Origin: Acidobacteriota bacterium
GTDB lineage: Bacteria > Acidobacteriota > UBA4820 > DSQY01
Reading direction: 5' to 3'
Assembly (NCBI GenBank): GCA_049591295.1
Contig: JBAWEQ010000230.1
Coordinates: 2,882-66,881 of the forward strand
DNA length: 64,000 bases
Part shown: in pieces, positions 1 through 8,329 of the stretch
How the letters are laid out: each line of letters begins with the position of its first letter
Numbering within the stretch: position 1 is the stretch's first letter
The notes under the pieces: generated by a model
Databases searched by the model: none
Told to the model about the DNA's origin: nothing
What the model saw: the letters and a program-made list of their open reading frames with translations, nothing else
Position numbers and translations under genes: made by a program

Positions 1-222
1 CACGCCGGCCACGTAGGAGAGGGCCGTGGCCGTGTCGGTCACCGGAAGGGTCCGCAGCTCCGTGCCGGTGATCACGCTCACGGGGCGGAGCTGGGCACCC
101 ACGCGGGAGCCCGTGACGGTGACCTCCGTGGCGCCGCCCGAGGGCACCGGGTTGGTCTGGGCGGCGAGGGAGGCGCCCGCGAGGAGGGCGAGAAGGGTGA
201 AGGCGGCGCGCGACGAGGGCAT
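1..222 (-). CDS. TonB-dependent receptor, N-terminal fragment (gene continues beyond window start)
   Basis: Reverse complement of 1-222 translates MPSSRAAFTLLALLAGASLAAQTNPVPSGGATEVTVTGSRVGAQLRPVSVITGTELRTLPVTDTATALSYVAGV: signal peptide followed by TonB-dependent receptor plug-like motifs. AAGGA lies 7 nt upstream of the ATG at 222-220. Absent from the ORF track because the window edge truncates it. Confidence 0.55.
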   Translation of the reverse strand, partial: MPSSRAAFTLLALLAGASLAAQTNPVPSGGATEVTVTGSRVGAQLRPVSVITGTELRTLPVTDTATALSYVAGV

Positions 223-330
223 CTCGGATCCTTTCATGGGAGGGCAGGCGTGCGGGAACGGCCGCGGTCTACCCGGCCCGCCCCGCTTGGAGCGTTTCGC
301 TCTCTGCCTATGCCTGAGTGGTCCCGCGCC

Positions 331-1065
331 CTAATCCTTGGCGCGTCCCTCGAAGGGGTCGCGGGTGGGAGCGATGACGATCTCCTCGACGCAGGCGATG
401 GCGGGCTGGTCGATGGCGGCCAGGGCCGCCTCGGCCACCATCTCGGCCGACATCATCTTGTCCAGGGGAAGGGCCGCCTTGCCCCGGAGGGGCTCCCAGG
501 CGTGCGTGGCCGTGGGCCCTGGCAGCAGGGCGGTGACGCGGATGCCCCGCTCGCGCACCTCCTCGCGCAGCGCGGCCAGAAATCCCATGAGGCCCCACTT
601 GCTGGCGCAGTAGGCCGTCTCGCCGGGGAAGCCTTTGCGGGCCGCCACGCTGGAGACGGCCACGATGTGGCCGCCCGCCTGCTTGGTGAAGTGGGGGAGC
701 AGGGCGCGGCAGAGGAAGAAGAGGGAGGTGAGGTTGGTGTCCATCACCGAGCGGAACTCCTCGGTGGAGGAGTCCTCCAGTCGCGTGACGCGGAACACGC
801 CCGCACAGTGGACGAGCACGTCCACGGCGCCGAAGGTCCTGAGCGCCTCTGCCACCACCTTCTGGGCCTCCTGCTCGCGCGTGAGGTCGCCGGCGATGGC
901 GACCACGCGCTGTCCGCGTTTGGCCATCTCGCGCTCCATGGTCTGGAGCCGCTTGGCGTTGCGGCCGGTCAGCACCACCGTGTGGTGTTCCTGGGCGAGC
1001 CGGCGGGCGATGGCCTCGCCGATGCCCGATGTGGCTCCCGTCACCAGTGCTATCTTCTTGTCCAT
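331..1065 (-). CDS. SDR family short-chain dehydrogenase/reductase
   Basis: ORF 331..1275 with true start at internal ATG (MDKKIALVTGATSGIGEAIARR = Rossmann TGxxxGIG; YCASK active-site motif). The upstream 70 codons have no SDR similarity. Confidence 0.85.
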   Translation of the reverse strand: MDKKIALVTGATSGIGEAIARRLAQEHHTVVLTGRNAKRLQTMEREMAKRGQRVVAIAGDLTREQEAQKVVAEALRTFGAVDVLVHCAGVFRVTRLEDSSTEEFRSVMDTNLTSLFFLCRALLPHFTKQAGGHIVAVSSVAARKGFPGETAYCASKWGLMGFLAALREEVRERGIRVTALLPGPTATHAWEPLRGKAALPLDKMMSAEMVAEAALAAIDQPAIACVEEIVIAPTRDPFEGRAKD

Positions 1066-1265
1066 CTGCTCGCCTCCTTGCGCGGCGCTGACTTCTTCTG
1101 CCCAGCCCCCGATTCTAGCCCGGCCGGGAGACGAGCGGAAGCGTCGGGCCATGAGCCGCATCCATTGCCGTGGGTCGGCCGGTGAGGTTCCGCGCCTGGC
1201 GTGGCGTCTCTCCCGCCCTTCCGCAAAGGGATTTCCTCGGGAGTGTACGCACGGATTCTTGGGGG

Positions 1266-1305
1266 CCACACACAAAGAGAGGGCCAGCCGAAGCCGGCCC
1301 CCTCT
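1266..1305 (-). terminator. Candidate intrinsic terminator downstream of the FadL-like gene
   Basis: Imperfect GC hairpin (agaggg...ccctct arms) about 30 nt after the stop at 1332, followed on the minus strand by a U-rich run (UCUUUGUGUG). Coordinates approximate. Confidence 0.3.
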
Positions 1306-1331
1306 TCGTTCGGGTCAGGATCTTCGTGCGC

Positions 1332-2711
1332 CTAGAACTTCCAGCCCATCTGGATGCCGCTCAGCCACGCCGAGCCCACGTACTTGCCGTCCGGGGTAAT
1401 GGGGTAGCTGGTGGGGTAGATCTGGCCCTGGCCGGGGAGGTACACATACGGCAGGCCCGTCGATCCGTAGCGGTACATGTTGCTGGACGTAATGTTGGCA
1501 TCGGAGAACTTCAGGTACATGACGTACCAGTCCAGGTTGAAGGCGCCATTGTGGTAGCCGGTGCCGAACTGGGCCGACCAGCGGTCCGCGTCGGGAAGGA
1601 CGGGGCTGAGGGTCTTGTCCGGGACGGGGGCCTGGTCGTAGAGGAGGCCCCAGCGCAGATCCCAGTTGGGGTTGACGGCGTAGGAGAAGCCCAGGCGGTA
1701 GCACCAGGTGTCCTTCCAGTCGAACACGAACTCCTCGTCCGCGACGAGGGGCGTGCCATTGAAGGACGTCGGGTTGGCGAAGTGGGCCATGGATCTGCTC
1801 CAGGAGCTCCACTGGGTCCAAGTCACGTCGAACTCCACCTGGAGGGGGTTGCCCGAGTAGGCGAAGCCGAAGCGCGCGCTGGCCGGCACCGAATCGAGGC
1901 TCAGCTTGGTGCCCTCGCCGGGGAAGTAGGCGGCCAGAGGACCGATGGCGGCGGAGCTCCGGATGGAGGTGTGGCCGCTGTAGTTGAATTTGGCCTTGCT
2001 CGAATAGAAAAGGCCCAGGGAGAAGGGGTCGTTCTTGTACATGTAGCCCACGTTCCATCCCCAGGCCTGGTCGCGCAGGTGGGTCATCAGGCGTCCCTCC
2101 GACGGAGCATAGTAGGGGATGCCCGGCGGATAGGGTGGCGAGGGATAGCGGTTGGGGTTGATGGCAGTGGAGAGGGCCGAGGTGTTGACGGAACGGTAGA
2201 GGTCGAGCTGGGAATCGTAGTAGTCCGCTCCGATGGAGAAGGCATGATGGTCATCCAGCTTGAAGGCCAGGACTGGCCGCACGTTCATGGTCACGATCTT
2301 GGCGTGGCGGCTCGCCCAGCGGCCGGGGAAGTCGCTGCTCCAGTCCGTGGCCAGGTCGTAGGGAGCGTTCGCCATGATGCCGAAGCTGACCCGGTCGTTG
2401 ATGGGCATGCTGAAGTAGATCGCCGGAAGGAAGAAGTTTTTCGCGTTGTCCTTGAAGTTCCCCATGGAGGGGCTTTCGTACTTCACGTCGGCGTTAATGT
2501 AGGTCAGGTTGAACTGCAGATCGGCGTTTTTTTGAAAGGCCAAGCCGGCGGGGTTATAGAAAATGGCCGTCGCGTCGTTGGTCCTGGCGACGACCGCCCC
2601 CGCTTGAGCCGCCGCTGCCGCGCTCTGCTCGTAAATGAGCGTCCCCGAGGCCATGGCCCCGACGGAAACAGCGGACAGCAACAAGATTCCCACGACTCCT
2701 CTCATCCTCAT
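1332..2711 (-). CDS. FadL/OmpP1/TodX-family outer membrane hydrophobic-compound transporter
   Basis: 459 aa; N-terminal signal peptide; aromatic and Gly-rich beta-barrel composition; C-terminal Phe (..GWKF); ATG at 2711 preceded by AAAGGAGG. Confidence 0.8.
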   Translation of the reverse strand: MRMRGVVGILLLSAVSVGAMASGTLIYEQSAAAAAQAGAVVARTNDATAIFYNPAGLAFQKNADLQFNLTYINADVKYESPSMGNFKDNAKNFFLPAIYFSMPINDRVSFGIMANAPYDLATDWSSDFPGRWASRHAKIVTMNVRPVLAFKLDDHHAFSIGADYYDSQLDLYRSVNTSALSTAINPNRYPSPPYPPGIPYYAPSEGRLMTHLRDQAWGWNVGYMYKNDPFSLGLFYSSKAKFNYSGHTSIRSSAAIGPLAAYFPGEGTKLSLDSVPASARFGFAYSGNPLQVEFDVTWTQWSSWSRSMAHFANPTSFNGTPLVADEEFVFDWKDTWCYRLGFSYAVNPNWDLRWGLLYDQAPVPDKTLSPVLPDADRWSAQFGTGYHNGAFNLDWYVMYLKFSDANITSSNMYRYGSTGLPYVYLPGQGQIYPTSYPITPDGKYVGSAWLSGIQMGWKF

Positions 2712-3217
2712 ATGGACCTCCTTTCATCCTCTGGCCATGAGAATAATGCCCGATTTTGGGGGTGTCAAGGGGTTCCGGCCGGGGGCAAAGGCCCGCCGGG
2801 CGGCCAGGGGAGGTTCCGCGGGAGGTGAGACCCATTGAAAATGGCCCTCCTGGAGGCCCAGTCCCAAGAAAGGCTAGGCCGCTCGGCGCCCCGCCGGGTG
2901 AGCGCCGGCGGCCGCCAGGGATTCCAAGCCGCGGAGGGGAGGGGACGGCCAGGTGTGGCGGGCGTCGCACTGCGGCACCCCCCCGTCTCGGCTCCGCCAA
3001 GTGCCCGAAGGTCCGTGCATTGCGGGCCGTCCGTAGGGGATGCTACACTGACCACAGAAAAGGGGGACCGTTGCAGCGAAGGTCTTCGAGGCATGTCCCC
3101 TGAACGTCGGGGCGGGGGCGCACGGGCCGATGGATCGGTGTGCCCTTCTGCCGGAGCCCGGTGGCCCGCGATCACGGTGCCGGGAAGGGAAAATGGGCCT
3201 TGCCGAGGGGGTGTGCC

Positions 3218-4342
3218 ATGCGTTTCGGTGTTCCCAAGGAATGCGCGATTCAGCCGAACTGTGACGAGCGCCGGGTGGGACTTTCGCCCGCCGGCTGCCG
3301 GGATCTGGTGGCCATGGGGGCCGAGCTGTACATCGAAAGCGGCGCGGGAGCACCGGCGGGATTCCTCGACGAGGCCTACCGCAGGGTGGGAGCCCAGGTG
3401 GTCTACTCCCGGGAGGAGGTCTTCGGCCGCTCGGACATGGTGGTCAAGATCGGGAGGCCCACGATGGAGGACCTGGAGCTCATGTCTCCGGGGTCCGGCA
3501 TCATGGCCTTCCTCCACCTCGCCCTGGCCGGCGACGCCTACACCGCGAAGCTCGCCGAGCGCGGGGTGACGGCCATCGGATACGAAATCATCCAGGAGGG
3601 CGACGGGACGCTTCCCGTCCTCAAGATCTCCTCCGAGATCGCGGGCAAGATGGCCCCCCAGATCGCCGGGAGGCTCCTGGAGACCGGGGCCGGCGGTATG
3701 GGCATCCTGCTGGGCGGAGCCCCGGGCATTCCTCCGGCGGACGTGGTGATCATGGGGGCCGGAGTTCTGGGCTACCATGCGGCCCGCTCCTTCCTCGGGC
3801 TGGGCTGCTCCGTCTACGTCTTGGATATTTCGCAGATCAAGCTGGAAGCCATCGACCGCGCCTTCGAGGGGCGGGTGGTGACGGCCCACGCCACGACCGA
3901 GAACGTGGAGAAGTTCTCCGCCTTCGCCGAGGTCCTGGTGGGGGCGGTCCTGGTGGCCGGCGAGATCGCCCCCATCATCGTGACCCGCGAGATGGTCCAG
4001 CGCATGCGGCCGGGCAGCGTGATCATCGATTTCTCCTTCGACCAGGGGGGCTGCGTGGAGACCACGCGCATGCAGGGTCCGGCCGGCGGCGTCTTCGTGC
4101 GCGAGGGGGTCCTCCACTTCGCCGTGCCCAACTGCCCCTCCTACGTGGCGAGGACCTCCACCTACGCCCTGACCTACGCCCTGCTGCCCTTCCTCAAGAG
4201 CATGCAGGAGAAGGGCCTCAAGGAGGCGCTCCGGACCTGGGCGGATCTGCGGCGCGGCTGTTACGTGTATGAGGGGAGCGCGGTGAGCCGCCACGTCACG
4301 AGCAGTCCCGCCGACCTGAAGCGGCTGCTGGGGGAGGGCTGA
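3218..4342 (+). CDS. ald: Alanine dehydrogenase (AlaDH/PNT family)
   Basis: MRFGVPKE... N-terminus typical of Ald, ATG at 3218; NAD-binding Gly-rich motif GAGVLG. The upstream part of ORF 3140..4342 (GTG start) is unsupported. Confidence 0.7.
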   Translation: MRFGVPKECAIQPNCDERRVGLSPAGCRDLVAMGAELYIESGAGAPAGFLDEAYRRVGAQVVYSREEVFGRSDMVVKIGRPTMEDLELMSPGSGIMAFLHLALAGDAYTAKLAERGVTAIGYEIIQEGDGTLPVLKISSEIAGKMAPQIAGRLLETGAGGMGILLGGAPGIPPADVVIMGAGVLGYHAARSFLGLGCSVYVLDISQIKLEAIDRAFEGRVVTAHATTENVEKFSAFAEVLVGAVLVAGEIAPIIVTREMVQRMRPGSVIIDFSFDQGGCVETTRMQGPAGGVFVREGVLHFAVPNCPSYVARTSTYALTYALLPFLKSMQEKGLKEALRTWADLRRGCYVYEGSAVSRHVTSSPADLKRLLGEG

Positions 4343-4345
4343 GCC

Positions 4346-5641
4346 ATGGCATGGATCGACGGATACAAGGCGAAGCTCTGCTCGGCCGATGAGGCCGTGT
4401 CGCGCATCAAGTCGAACGACTGGGTGTGGCTGAGCGGGAACGCCGCCGCCCCCTTCCTCCTCATGGAGGCGCTGGGCCGACGCGCGCCGGAACTGCAAAA
4501 CGTCACCCTCTCCCACGTGCTCCTCATGGGCGAGGACCCCCTGTCCAAGCCGGGCATGGAGAAGGCCTTCCACCACAACTCCCTCTTCGTCGGGCCCGCG
4601 GACCGGCCTTCGGTGAACGACGGGCGCTCCGCGTACGTGCCCATCCACCTGCACATGATCCCCAAGGCCATCCGTACGGGGGCCTGCCGGGTTGACGTGG
4701 CCATGATCCAGTGTTCCCCTCCCGACGAGCACGGCTTCATGAGCCTGGGGCTGGAGGTGATGGCCCAGAAGGCCGCCGTGGAGATGGCCAAGACCGTCAT
4801 CGTCCAGGTGAACGACCAGATGCCCAGAACGCTCGGGGACTCCTTCCTGCACGTCTCGAAGGCCGCCCACATCGTGGAGCACAGCTTCCCCCTGCTGGAG
4901 CTCCGCGGGAAGGAGGCCACGGAGGTGGAGCGGAAGATCGGCGCCCTCATCGCCGAGATGATCCCCGATGGCGCGACCCTTCAGATGGGCATCGGCGGCA
5001 TCCCCGATGCCGTGCTCACGCTCCTGGAGGGCAAACGCGACCTGGGAATCCATACCGAGATGATCTCGGACGGGCTGGTGCGGGCCATGGAGCAGGGGAT
5101 CATCACCGGAAACAAGAAGACCCTGCACCCGGGCAAGGTGGTCGCCACCTTCATCCTGGGCACACGGAAGCTCTACGACTTCGTCCACGACAACCCGCTC
5201 TTCGAGGTCCACCCCGTGGACCACACCAACGATCCCTTCATCATCGCCCAGAACGACAACATGGTGGCCATCAACTCGGCCCTGGAGGTGGACCTGACGG
5301 GCCAGGTCTGCTCGGACTCCATCGGTACCTACATCTACAGCGGCTTTGGGGGGCAGCTGGACTTCATCCGCGGCGCGGCGGCCAGCAAGGGGGGCAAGCC
5401 CATCATCGCCCTCCCCTCCACGGCCAAACAGGGCACCATGTCGCGCATCGTACCCAAGCTCAAGGAGGGGTCGGGCGTGGTCACCACGCGGGCGGACGTC
5501 CACTACGTGGTCACGGAGCACGGAGCGACCAACCTCTGGGGCAAAAACCTGAGCGAGCGCGCCAAGGCCCTCATCGCCATCGCGGACCCCGCCTTCAAGG
5601 AGACGCTGGAAAAGGAGGCCCGGGAGCGCCACCTTATCTAA
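4346..5641 (+). CDS. Acetyl-CoA hydrolase/transferase family protein (4-hydroxybutyrate CoA-transferase-like)
   Basis: 431 aa with conserved family motifs (GIGGIPDAV, SGFGGQLDF); GGGAGGG RBS before the ATG; 3-nt gap after the upstream gene. Confidence 0.85.
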   Translation: MAWIDGYKAKLCSADEAVSRIKSNDWVWLSGNAAAPFLLMEALGRRAPELQNVTLSHVLLMGEDPLSKPGMEKAFHHNSLFVGPADRPSVNDGRSAYVPIHLHMIPKAIRTGACRVDVAMIQCSPPDEHGFMSLGLEVMAQKAAVEMAKTVIVQVNDQMPRTLGDSFLHVSKAAHIVEHSFPLLELRGKEATEVERKIGALIAEMIPDGATLQMGIGGIPDAVLTLLEGKRDLGIHTEMISDGLVRAMEQGIITGNKKTLHPGKVVATFILGTRKLYDFVHDNPLFEVHPVDHTNDPFIIAQNDNMVAINSALEVDLTGQVCSDSIGTYIYSGFGGQLDFIRGAAASKGGKPIIALPSTAKQGTMSRIVPKLKEGSGVVTTRADVHYVVTEHGATNLWGKNLSERAKALIAIADPAFKETLEKEARERHLI

Positions 5642-5760
5642 CACCAACAGGGGATGGGCCCTCTGGAGGTGGAGAGTGGAGGGCGGAGGTCAGGGAACAG
5701 GCCTGAACAGATTTCGACCCAGAGTATGCCGGCGAGGAGACGGGGGCCGTAGGAGGCATC

Positions 5761-5988
5761 ATGCGAGTGGAAATCGAATACTGCGGCGTCTGAAACTACG
5801 AGCCGAAGGCCGCCGGTCTGGCGGCCAAGATCAAGGCGGCGTTTGGCGTGGAGCCCCGACTCATCCGCTCCTCGGGAGGCGTCTTCGAGGTCGTGGTGGA
5901 CGGGGCCCTGGTCCACTCGAAGAAGGGATCGGGGCAGTTTCCCGATGAGGACGAACTAATCCGCCGGCTCCAGAATAGGGCCGGTTGA
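5761..5988 (+). CDS. SelW-like (Rdx family) selenoprotein; Sec encoded by in-frame TGA at 5791-5793
   Basis: ATG at 5761 with AGGAGG 4 nt upstream. Translation MRVEIEYCGV-U-NYEPKAAGLAAKIKAAFGVEPRLIRSSGGVFEVVVDGALVHSKKGSGQFPDEDELIRRLQNRAG* shows the Rdx/SelW CxxU motif and the conserved FEV.VDG.L.HSKK core. The frame stays open from the TGA to the TGA at 5986. A hairpin follows 15 nt downstream. Confidence 0.7.
5809..5825 (+). promoter_or_regulatory. SECIS-like hairpin downstream of the selenocysteine UGA
   Basis: GCCGCC-GGUCU-GGCGGC: 6-bp GC stem with an apical loop containing GGUC (as in the E. coli fdhF SECIS apical loop). The stem starts 15 nt after the UGA. Confidence 0.45.
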
Positions 5989-6009
5989 GACGGGTCCGGG
6001 AGACCGGCC

Positions 6010-6450
6010 GTGGATATGAACACCGTCATCGGAGTGGTGGAGCGCAACGCCGACAAACTGGCCGCGCGCTGGCTGGAGCGCCTCCGCAAGGAGGCGGGGA
6101 TGGAGGATTACGCGCGCGAGCCGGCGCCCCTACTGCTGGATCACGTCCGCGCCGCCTACCAGGAAATCGGCACCTTTCTGGACCAGCCGAGGCACCAGGT
6201 CAACGCCGAGCACTTCCGGGCGACAGGAAGGCGCCGGAGGGAGAAGGGACTGCCGCTGGCCGAGGTGATCAGGGCCGTGCAACTCGCCCGTACGGTGTTA
6301 TGGCAATACGTCATCGAGCAGGGGATCTTCGACTCCACCGTCAACCTCTACCAGGCCTTGAACCTCTACAGGCAGATCGTGGGTTTCTTCGATCAGGCCG
6401 TGCTCTACGTGGTGGAGGGGTACTTCGAGGCGGCGAGTGGAGAATCTTGA
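6010..6450 (+). CDS. Hypothetical protein (possible RsbRD N-terminal-like helical domain)
   Basis: 146-aa ORF with GTG at 6010 and ATG at 6016; weak GGGAGA RBS; helical, charged composition; no enzymatic motifs recognised. Confidence 0.5.
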   Translation: MDMNTVIGVVERNADKLAARWLERLRKEAGMEDYAREPAPLLLDHVRAAYQEIGTFLDQPRHQVNAEHFRATGRRRREKGLPLAEVIRAVQLARTVLWQYVIEQGIFDSTVNLYQALNLYRQIVGFFDQAVLYVVEGYFEAASGES

Positions 6451-6534
6451 AGAACGGGTGATGAGGGGAGGGGAGGGGGAGAATAGGGCCGTCGGCTCCT
6501 CTCCGTCCTCCGCGCTCCCCATTTCACCGTCGGT

Positions 6535-7941
6535 TCAGCTCGCGACCACGGGCAGGTGCGCGAGCGCCTCCTCGATGGCCCCTCCCGGGCAGCCCCCGTT
6601 GTTGATCTTGCCGTCGATGAAGGCCTCGTAGGCCGACAGATCCAGGAGGCCGTGACCGCTGAGCGAGAACAGGATCGTGGCGGTGCGGCCCTCCTCCTTC
6701 AATTCGAGCGCTTTCTTCACCACCGCCGCCACGGCGTGGCCCGATTCGGGTGCCGGGATGATGCCCTCGGTCCTGGCGAACAGCATGGCGCTCTCGAACA
6801 CCTCCTGCTGCGGCACGGTCTCGGCCTTCATGAGGCCCTTTTCCACGAGCGCGCTGACGATGGGCGAGGCTCCGTGGTAGCGAAGCCCCCCGGCGTGCAC
6901 GGCGGGCGGGACGAATCCGTGGCCTAGCGTGTACATGCGGAGGATGGGGGTGAGGCCCGCCGTGTCGCCGAAGTCGTAGGCCATGCGCCCCTTCGTGAGG
7001 GTGGGACAGCTCTCGGGTTCCACGGCGACGGCGGCCACGGGTCGTCCTTTCAGGGCCTCCCCGACGAAGGGGAGGGCCAGCCCCCCGAAGTTGGAGCCGC
7101 CGCCGTGACAGCCGTAGACGTAGTCCGGATAGTCCCCCGCCAGGGCCATCTGCTTCTGCGCCTCCTGTCCGATGACGGTCTGGTGGAGGAGGACGTGGTT
7201 CAGCACGCTGCCCAGCGAATAGTGGGTGTCCTCCCGCCCCGCCGCCTCCTCCACCGCCTCGCTGATGGCGATGCCCAGGCTTCCGGGGGAATCGGGATGT
7301 TCGGCCAGGATGGTCCGTCCCGAGGCCGTGAGCGGCGACGGACTGGCCAGTACTTCGGCGCCGTAAAGGCGCATGAAGGTCTTGCGGTAGGGCTTCTGGT
7401 CGAAGCTCACTCGCACCATGTAGACGCGGCATTGGAGGTCGAAGAGGCGCGAGGCGAAGGCCAGGGCGCTGCCCCACTGACCGGCCCCGGTTTCGGTGGT
7501 CAGGCGCTGGATGCCCGAGATCTTGTTGTAGTAGGCCTGCGGAACCGCCGTGTTGGGCTTGTGGCTTCCCGCGGGCGAGACCCCCTCGTGTTTGAAGTAG
7601 ATGCGGGCCGGAGTGCCCAGGGCCTTCTCCAGCCGCCGCGCCCGAATCATGGGAGTAGGGCGCCACATGGCCAGCACATCGAGCACCGGCTCGGGGATGG
7701 CAACGAGGCGGTCGTGCCCCATTTCCTGCTCGATGAGCTGGGGCGGGAAGATCCGCGCCATCTCGTCGAAGGTCACGGGCAGGCCCGTGGCGGGGGTGAT
7801 GGGCGGGGCGAGCTCGAAGGGGAGGTCCGCCAGGACGTTGTACCAGTGTGTCGGGATCTCGCGGACGGGGAGAAGGACGCGGTCCTCTCCCGAAGCCTGG
7901 TTGAGCCTGCCGGTTCCGGTCGTCGTGTCTGCGTGTGCCAT
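6535..7941 (-). CDS. TrpB-like pyridoxal-phosphate-dependent enzyme (tryptophan synthase beta, TrpB2 type)
   Basis: 468 aa; PLP-lysine region ..HEGVSPAGSHKPNTA..; GGGSN loop; length typical of stand-alone TrpB2; GGAGG 5 nt before the ATG at 7941. Confidence 0.85.
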   Translation of the reverse strand: MAHADTTTGTGRLNQASGEDRVLLPVREIPTHWYNVLADLPFELAPPITPATGLPVTFDEMARIFPPQLIEQEMGHDRLVAIPEPVLDVLAMWRPTPMIRARRLEKALGTPARIYFKHEGVSPAGSHKPNTAVPQAYYNKISGIQRLTTETGAGQWGSALAFASRLFDLQCRVYMVRVSFDQKPYRKTFMRLYGAEVLASPSPLTASGRTILAEHPDSPGSLGIAISEAVEEAAGREDTHYSLGSVLNHVLLHQTVIGQEAQKQMALAGDYPDYVYGCHGGGSNFGGLALPFVGEALKGRPVAAVAVEPESCPTLTKGRMAYDFGDTAGLTPILRMYTLGHGFVPPAVHAGGLRYHGASPIVSALVEKGLMKAETVPQQEVFESAMLFARTEGIIPAPESGHAVAAVVKKALELKEEGRTATILFSLSGHGLLDLSAYEAFIDGKINNGGCPGGAIEEALAHLPVVAS

Positions 7942-8329
7942 GGGATCCTCCGATTCTCTTCGGCCAACAAAAAAGCCCTCCGCTTCCGGAGGGCTTCGTA
8001 CGCGTTCGCTTGGTACGATGAGGCTACAGAGCCGCCTCGCGCCCTCCGGTTGCGCCGACGCACCACCACCAGCCGAGGATGGGGTTCGTGATCGGGGCTG
8101 AACCGAAGGGCATCATGGCCTCTGGGCCTCCAACACGGGGAGGCTACCGCATGGCCCGGGAGGTTGTCAAGCACGCGTCCTTCGCACGCGTCCTTCGCGG
8201 TTTCCATGTCTGGCCTTGGGTTCGTCCCTGGAATGGACTAACCTACCCGGAAGCCGGCAGCCCGCAGTGGATGGCCCGCGGGGAATGGGGGGAGGCATGG
8301 GGCCGTTGATGCCGTGATGACCGATAGGG

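Noticed and set aside
2765-5647. 960-aa ORF on the minus strand spanning the ald and CoA-transferase region
   Set aside because: Antisense to two genes with clear homology and RBSs. The product is low-complexity and Arg/Gly/Pro-rich, typical of spurious GC-rich antisense frames.
5638-5948. ORF-track ORFs 5676..5948 (+) and 5638..5916 (-) in the selW region
   Set aside because: Different frames from the SelW-like reading frame; no RBS and low-complexity products. The SelW frame has an RBS, a family motif and a SECIS-like hairpin.
6524-7666. 380-aa minus-strand ORF in an alternative frame inside the TrpB-like gene
   Set aside because: Same strand but different frame; TrpB homology identifies the correct frame.
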